A DNA stretch of 64,000 nt, from positions 1-64,000 of the forward strand of contig CAWDPO010000025.1 in the NCBI GenBank assembly GCA_963804165.1, read 5' to 3'. The position numbers and the translations under genes were made by a program. The notes under the pieces were generated by a model. It saw nothing but the letters and a program-made list of their open reading frames with translations, searched no databases and was not told where the DNA came from. This document shows positions 60,782 to 64,000 of this stretch, piece after piece. The DNA comes from an uncultured delta proteobacterium (lineage in GTDB: Bacteria > Desulfobacterota > Binatia > UBA9968). Position 1 is the stretch's first letter; every line of letters starts with the position of its first letter.

Positions 60782-61119
60782 AGCCGACCTCGGATATTAA
60801 ATGGCGCGCGCGCAGTTGTGCTTGGTAATGACAGATTGCACTACCCGTCTCCCAAGGACGCTAGTCAATTTCCGTTGGTCTCGTCAATATAAAATTATCA
60901 CGCCGGCGGCGGAGAACCCGCGGGCTTGGAGACGGGAGCGAGTAAACATTCGTCGATGTCGAGACGAATAATGCCGTTTTGCGGATCGCGCGACGGCAGG
61001 TAATAAACAACCCCCAGTGAGTGTAGAAAACCTACGGTCGATGGCAATCTTCACCGCTTTTGTTTTGTGCTTGACGGCTGTCCATGAACTAACCTAGTTT
61101 CGCAGACGGGAGGAGAGAA

Positions 61120-62076
61120 ATGATGCGTTGGCGCAGGGCGTGGCTTGCAGTGGCATTGATCAGCGTCGGCAGCCTGAAGCTTTCACTGGTCGATGCCCGG
61201 ATTGTCGTCGGCGTGTCGACGGTGAATGTGGCGTTCCTGCCGATCTATCTCACTCAAGACAAGGGTTTCTTCAAGGACGAGGGCTTGGACGTGCTCGTCG
61301 TGATGTTCAATGCCGGGGCAACGAATCTCCAGGCGGTCATCGGCGGTGACGTCCAGATCATGGCGGGTGGAGTGCCGGAAACTGTGCTCGCTCGGGCCAG
61401 CGGCGTCGACATCAAAAACTTCTGGGCGATCTCCAATCTCATGCCGTTTCAGATCTACGGCAGTCCTAAACTCAAGTCGCTGAAGGACGGCAAAGGGAAG
61501 AAGTTTGCGATCAGCCGCTTCGGCTCGCTGTCCGAATTTCTCACCCGCTCCGCGTTACGTCAATCGGGCGTCGATCCCAAGGACGTCACCATGTTGCAGA
61601 TCGGTGCCACGCCGGCCCGTTTTACGACGCTGGCGACCGGGATCGTCGATGCGACGATTCTATGGTTTCCGGTAACCGAGCGGGCCAAGTCGGTCGGCAT
61701 GAACAAGCTCTTCGATCTCAAGGATCTTTATCCCAACTGGACCAACGTCGGCTTTGTCGCGCGCGAGGCGTGGCTTGGCAAAGAGAAGGAACAAACGATG
61801 AGATTCTTGCGCGCCTATCAGAGAGGCGTGAAACATACACGCGAAAACCGGGAGGACGGCATTCGTACGCTCAGAAAATATGTCGGGCTCGATGCCGCTG
61901 AAGCTGCGGCAGGATACGACGAATACCGCGACTCCTTCCCGCTCGACGGCCGGATTCTCGACGCTGGCATCACCGCTACGGTCGAGCAGGAGGTCGAGAC
62001 CGGCCGGCTCAAGGGAAAAGTAACTCTGAACGAGATGATTGATTACAGCTTTATTAACTCGCTGGGAAAAAAGTAG
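61120..62076 (+). CDS. ABC-type substrate-binding protein, NMT1/THI5-like
   Basis: Signal peptide, DKGFFKDEGLDV, KGKKFAISRFGS. Confidence 0.88.
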   Translation: MMRWRRAWLAVALISVGSLKLSLVDARIVVGVSTVNVAFLPIYLTQDKGFFKDEGLDVLVVMFNAGATNLQAVIGGDVQIMAGGVPETVLARASGVDIKNFWAISNLMPFQIYGSPKLKSLKDGKGKKFAISRFGSLSEFLTRSALRQSGVDPKDVTMLQIGATPARFTTLATGIVDATILWFPVTERAKSVGMNKLFDLKDLYPNWTNVGFVAREAWLGKEKEQTMRFLRAYQRGVKHTRENREDGIRTLRKYVGLDAAEAAAGYDEYRDSFPLDGRILDAGITATVEQEVETGRLKGKVTLNEMIDYSFINSLGKK

Positions 62077-62160
62077 CTGACATCTTGAACGGCTCGAATA
62101 ATTTGCAGGGTCTTATCCCGGACTCGAATCCCGATTGCGTTTGATTCTTGGAGGCGAGCT

Positions 62161-63294
62161 ATGATGCACAAGCATTTAAATCGGGCAGTTCTAATTGCAT
62201 GGGTCATGATTGCGGGCGTGGAAGATACATGGCATTTCGCAACGGAGGCGGCCGCGCAGACGTCCGAGGCAAAAGGCCGTAACCTGCCGATGTTCGAAGT
62301 TGACACTTCATGGCCGAAGGTGCCGGCAAAGTGGAAGCTCGGTGATGTATCCAGCATCGCCATCGATGCACAAGGCAATGCGTGGGTTCTGCACCGTCCG
62401 CGCACGCTCAAACCCGATCAGGCTTCGATGGCGGCGCCGCCGATCCTTGTGTTCGATGCGGTGGGCAATTTCATCAAAGCGTGGGGTGGGGCGGGCAGCG
62501 GTTACGAATGGATTGAGCGGGAACATGGCATCCATGTCGACTACAAAGGTTTCATATGGTTGGGCGGAAACAACTGCCCCGGACTTAAGCTTCCCGGGCT
62601 CAAGGCGGTTGCCGATGACCAATTGCTGAAGTTTACCCAGGACGGCAAATTCGTGCTGCAAATCGGTGGCAGCAACCAAAGCCAAGGCAACGCCGACACC
62701 AAGAACGTGCATCGCGCGGCGGACGTTTGGGTCCATCCGCAGACCAACGAAGTATTCGTGGCGGACGGCTACGGCAATCATCGTGTCATCGTCTTCGATG
62801 CGGATACCGGCGCGTTCAAACGGATGTGGGGTGCGTTTGCCAACAAACCCCTGGACGACGACCATTGTGAGAATGTTCCAAAACCAAACTTCGCGGACGC
62901 TGCGGGTCCGCAGAATTTCAGCATCGTGCATGCCATCCGCGTGGCCAACGATGGGACGGTGTACGTGGCCGATCGGGATAACCGGCGCGTGCAGATGTTC
63001 ACGAGCGACGGCAAGTTCGTCAAGCAACTGGTCAAGACCAGCACGCCGTTTGCGCGCAATCTGGCTTTGTCGCCGGACGCGGAGCAGCAGTTCCTGTACG
63101 TCGGCAACGGCAAGGAAATCTCGATCGTCGATCGGAAAACGCTTGAGATCGTGGGAAGCATCGAGGGACCCGGCATGCTCGGCGGCGGTCACCAAATCGC
63201 GACGGATGCGAAAGGTAACATCTACGTGGCTGCCACCGGCAATGGCATGCAGAAGCTCACGTTCAAAGGAATGTCGTCGTTGGTGAGTCGCTAA
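62161..63294 (+). CDS. Secreted NHL-repeat beta-propeller (peptidyl-alpha-hydroxyglycine lyase-like)
   Basis: VDTSWPK, EHGIHVD, VFVADGYGNHRV, HAIRV..DGTVYVADRDNRRVQ. Confidence 0.85.
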   Translation: MMHKHLNRAVLIAWVMIAGVEDTWHFATEAAAQTSEAKGRNLPMFEVDTSWPKVPAKWKLGDVSSIAIDAQGNAWVLHRPRTLKPDQASMAAPPILVFDAVGNFIKAWGGAGSGYEWIEREHGIHVDYKGFIWLGGNNCPGLKLPGLKAVADDQLLKFTQDGKFVLQIGGSNQSQGNADTKNVHRAADVWVHPQTNEVFVADGYGNHRVIVFDADTGAFKRMWGAFANKPLDDDHCENVPKPNFADAAGPQNFSIVHAIRVANDGTVYVADRDNRRVQMFTSDGKFVKQLVKTSTPFARNLALSPDAEQQFLYVGNGKEISIVDRKTLEIVGSIEGPGMLGGGHQIATDAKGNIYVAATGNGMQKLTFKGMSSLVSR

Positions 63295-63406
63295 TCGATA
63301 TGGCTGGAATTGGTTCTAATGTTCTAATGCCGGACTCCGTGAATGATTACGAAGCGAAGTTTGGCTGTCGCAGATTGCGGCCGGGCGATAAGAAGAAAAT
63401 CGTTGC

Positions 63407-64000
63407 ATGAAGGTTATTGACCAAGAGTTGATAGCGACGGCACTCCCCTATTGGACAACTGAGGCGACAATCGTTCGGCGATTTTTCAAGAGCAAGCCGA
63501 CGCGCGAGGATCACATTTTTTGGCTCAAGGCGCAGCTATGGAAGGAGCTTCATCCGGTCGACGGTTATTTCACCGGGCTTCAAAAGGAGCTGAACAGTCT
63601 GGTGGCGAGTTTTCCGGAAATCGACAAAACCATCAACCGACACGCGTACCACTCGCTCCTGCAGCAACTCACGCAGGAGTTCAATCACTACGTGCTCATG
63701 GCCGACGTACTCGAATATCTTCTCGGCCATCCGGTTTCCGTCGCAGATACATTTCAACTGCCTCAGGAGAAAAAACTCGGCGATATACGTAGATACTACG
63801 CGACCTCAGGGTCGGCTGTTGATAAAGCCGCGGTGCTCGTCACGGAAGGTGGCGGCGCGCGGATGTTTCTCGAAGGAAGAAAGTTAAAAGGTGGCCGGCT
63901 CGAAAGAATGATCGCTGGCGCGATGGAAATCGTGTATCAGGACGAGAAAAACCACTATAAACAGGCTGCGAGGGAAGCGGCGCGAGCCGTGCGGAACAAG
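63407..64000 (+). CDS. Ferritin-like diiron protein, truncated by the window end (absent from the ORF track)
   Basis: Hand translation MKVIDQELIA...QEFNHY...TEGGG...QDEKNHY shows two ExxH motifs; frame stays open to position 64000. Confidence 0.7.
   Translation, partial: MKVIDQELIATALPYWTTEATIVRRFFKSKPTREDHIFWLKAQLWKELHPVDGYFTGLQKELNSLVASFPEIDKTINRHAYHSLLQQLTQEFNHYVLMADVLEYLLGHPVSVADTFQLPQEKKLGDIRRYYATSGSAVDKAAVLVTEGGGARMFLEGRKLKGGRLERMIAGAMEIVYQDEKNHYKQAAREAARAVRNK

Noticed and set aside
60845-60936. Inverted pair CCCGTCTC(C)CAAG / CTTGGAGACGGG upstream of the lipase as a riboswitch
   Set aside because: A single imperfect stem with no recognisable aptamer consensus; an Rfam search would be needed

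Overview
Gene-dense, GC-rich bacterial chromosome segment. It carries many orphan NMT1/THI5-type solute-binding proteins, amidohydrolase, decarboxylase and aldolase paralogs, and REP-like intergenic palindromes. This style suggests Candidatus Binatia/Binatota, but that assignment is inference only. Most of the window is transport plus probable aromatic or heterocycle catabolism: a NahE-like aldolase, a LigJ-like hydratase, an HCHL-like crotonase, four 4,5-dihydroxyphthalate-decarboxylase-like paralogs, two class II aldolases, a CADD/PqqC-like diiron enzyme, and TTT and TAXI-TRAP transporters. Main observations: (1) a translationally coupled GAPDH pair whose first member has lost the catalytic Cys and other active-site residues but kept the S-loop, a candidate pseudoenzyme subunit; (2) an NHEJ locus with a MerR-type HTH + TPR gene between ku and ligD; (3) an orphan integron-cassette-like gene with a matching core site and degenerate attC; (4) a two-gene contractile-injection-system fragment (tube only); (5) an intact IS with terminal inverted repeats inserted at the namZ-like stop codon; (6) MITE/REP-like repeats and gene 3'-end remnants. 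At least eight genes carry frameshifts that look like long-read assembly errors. No rRNA, tRNA or CRISPR array was seen.
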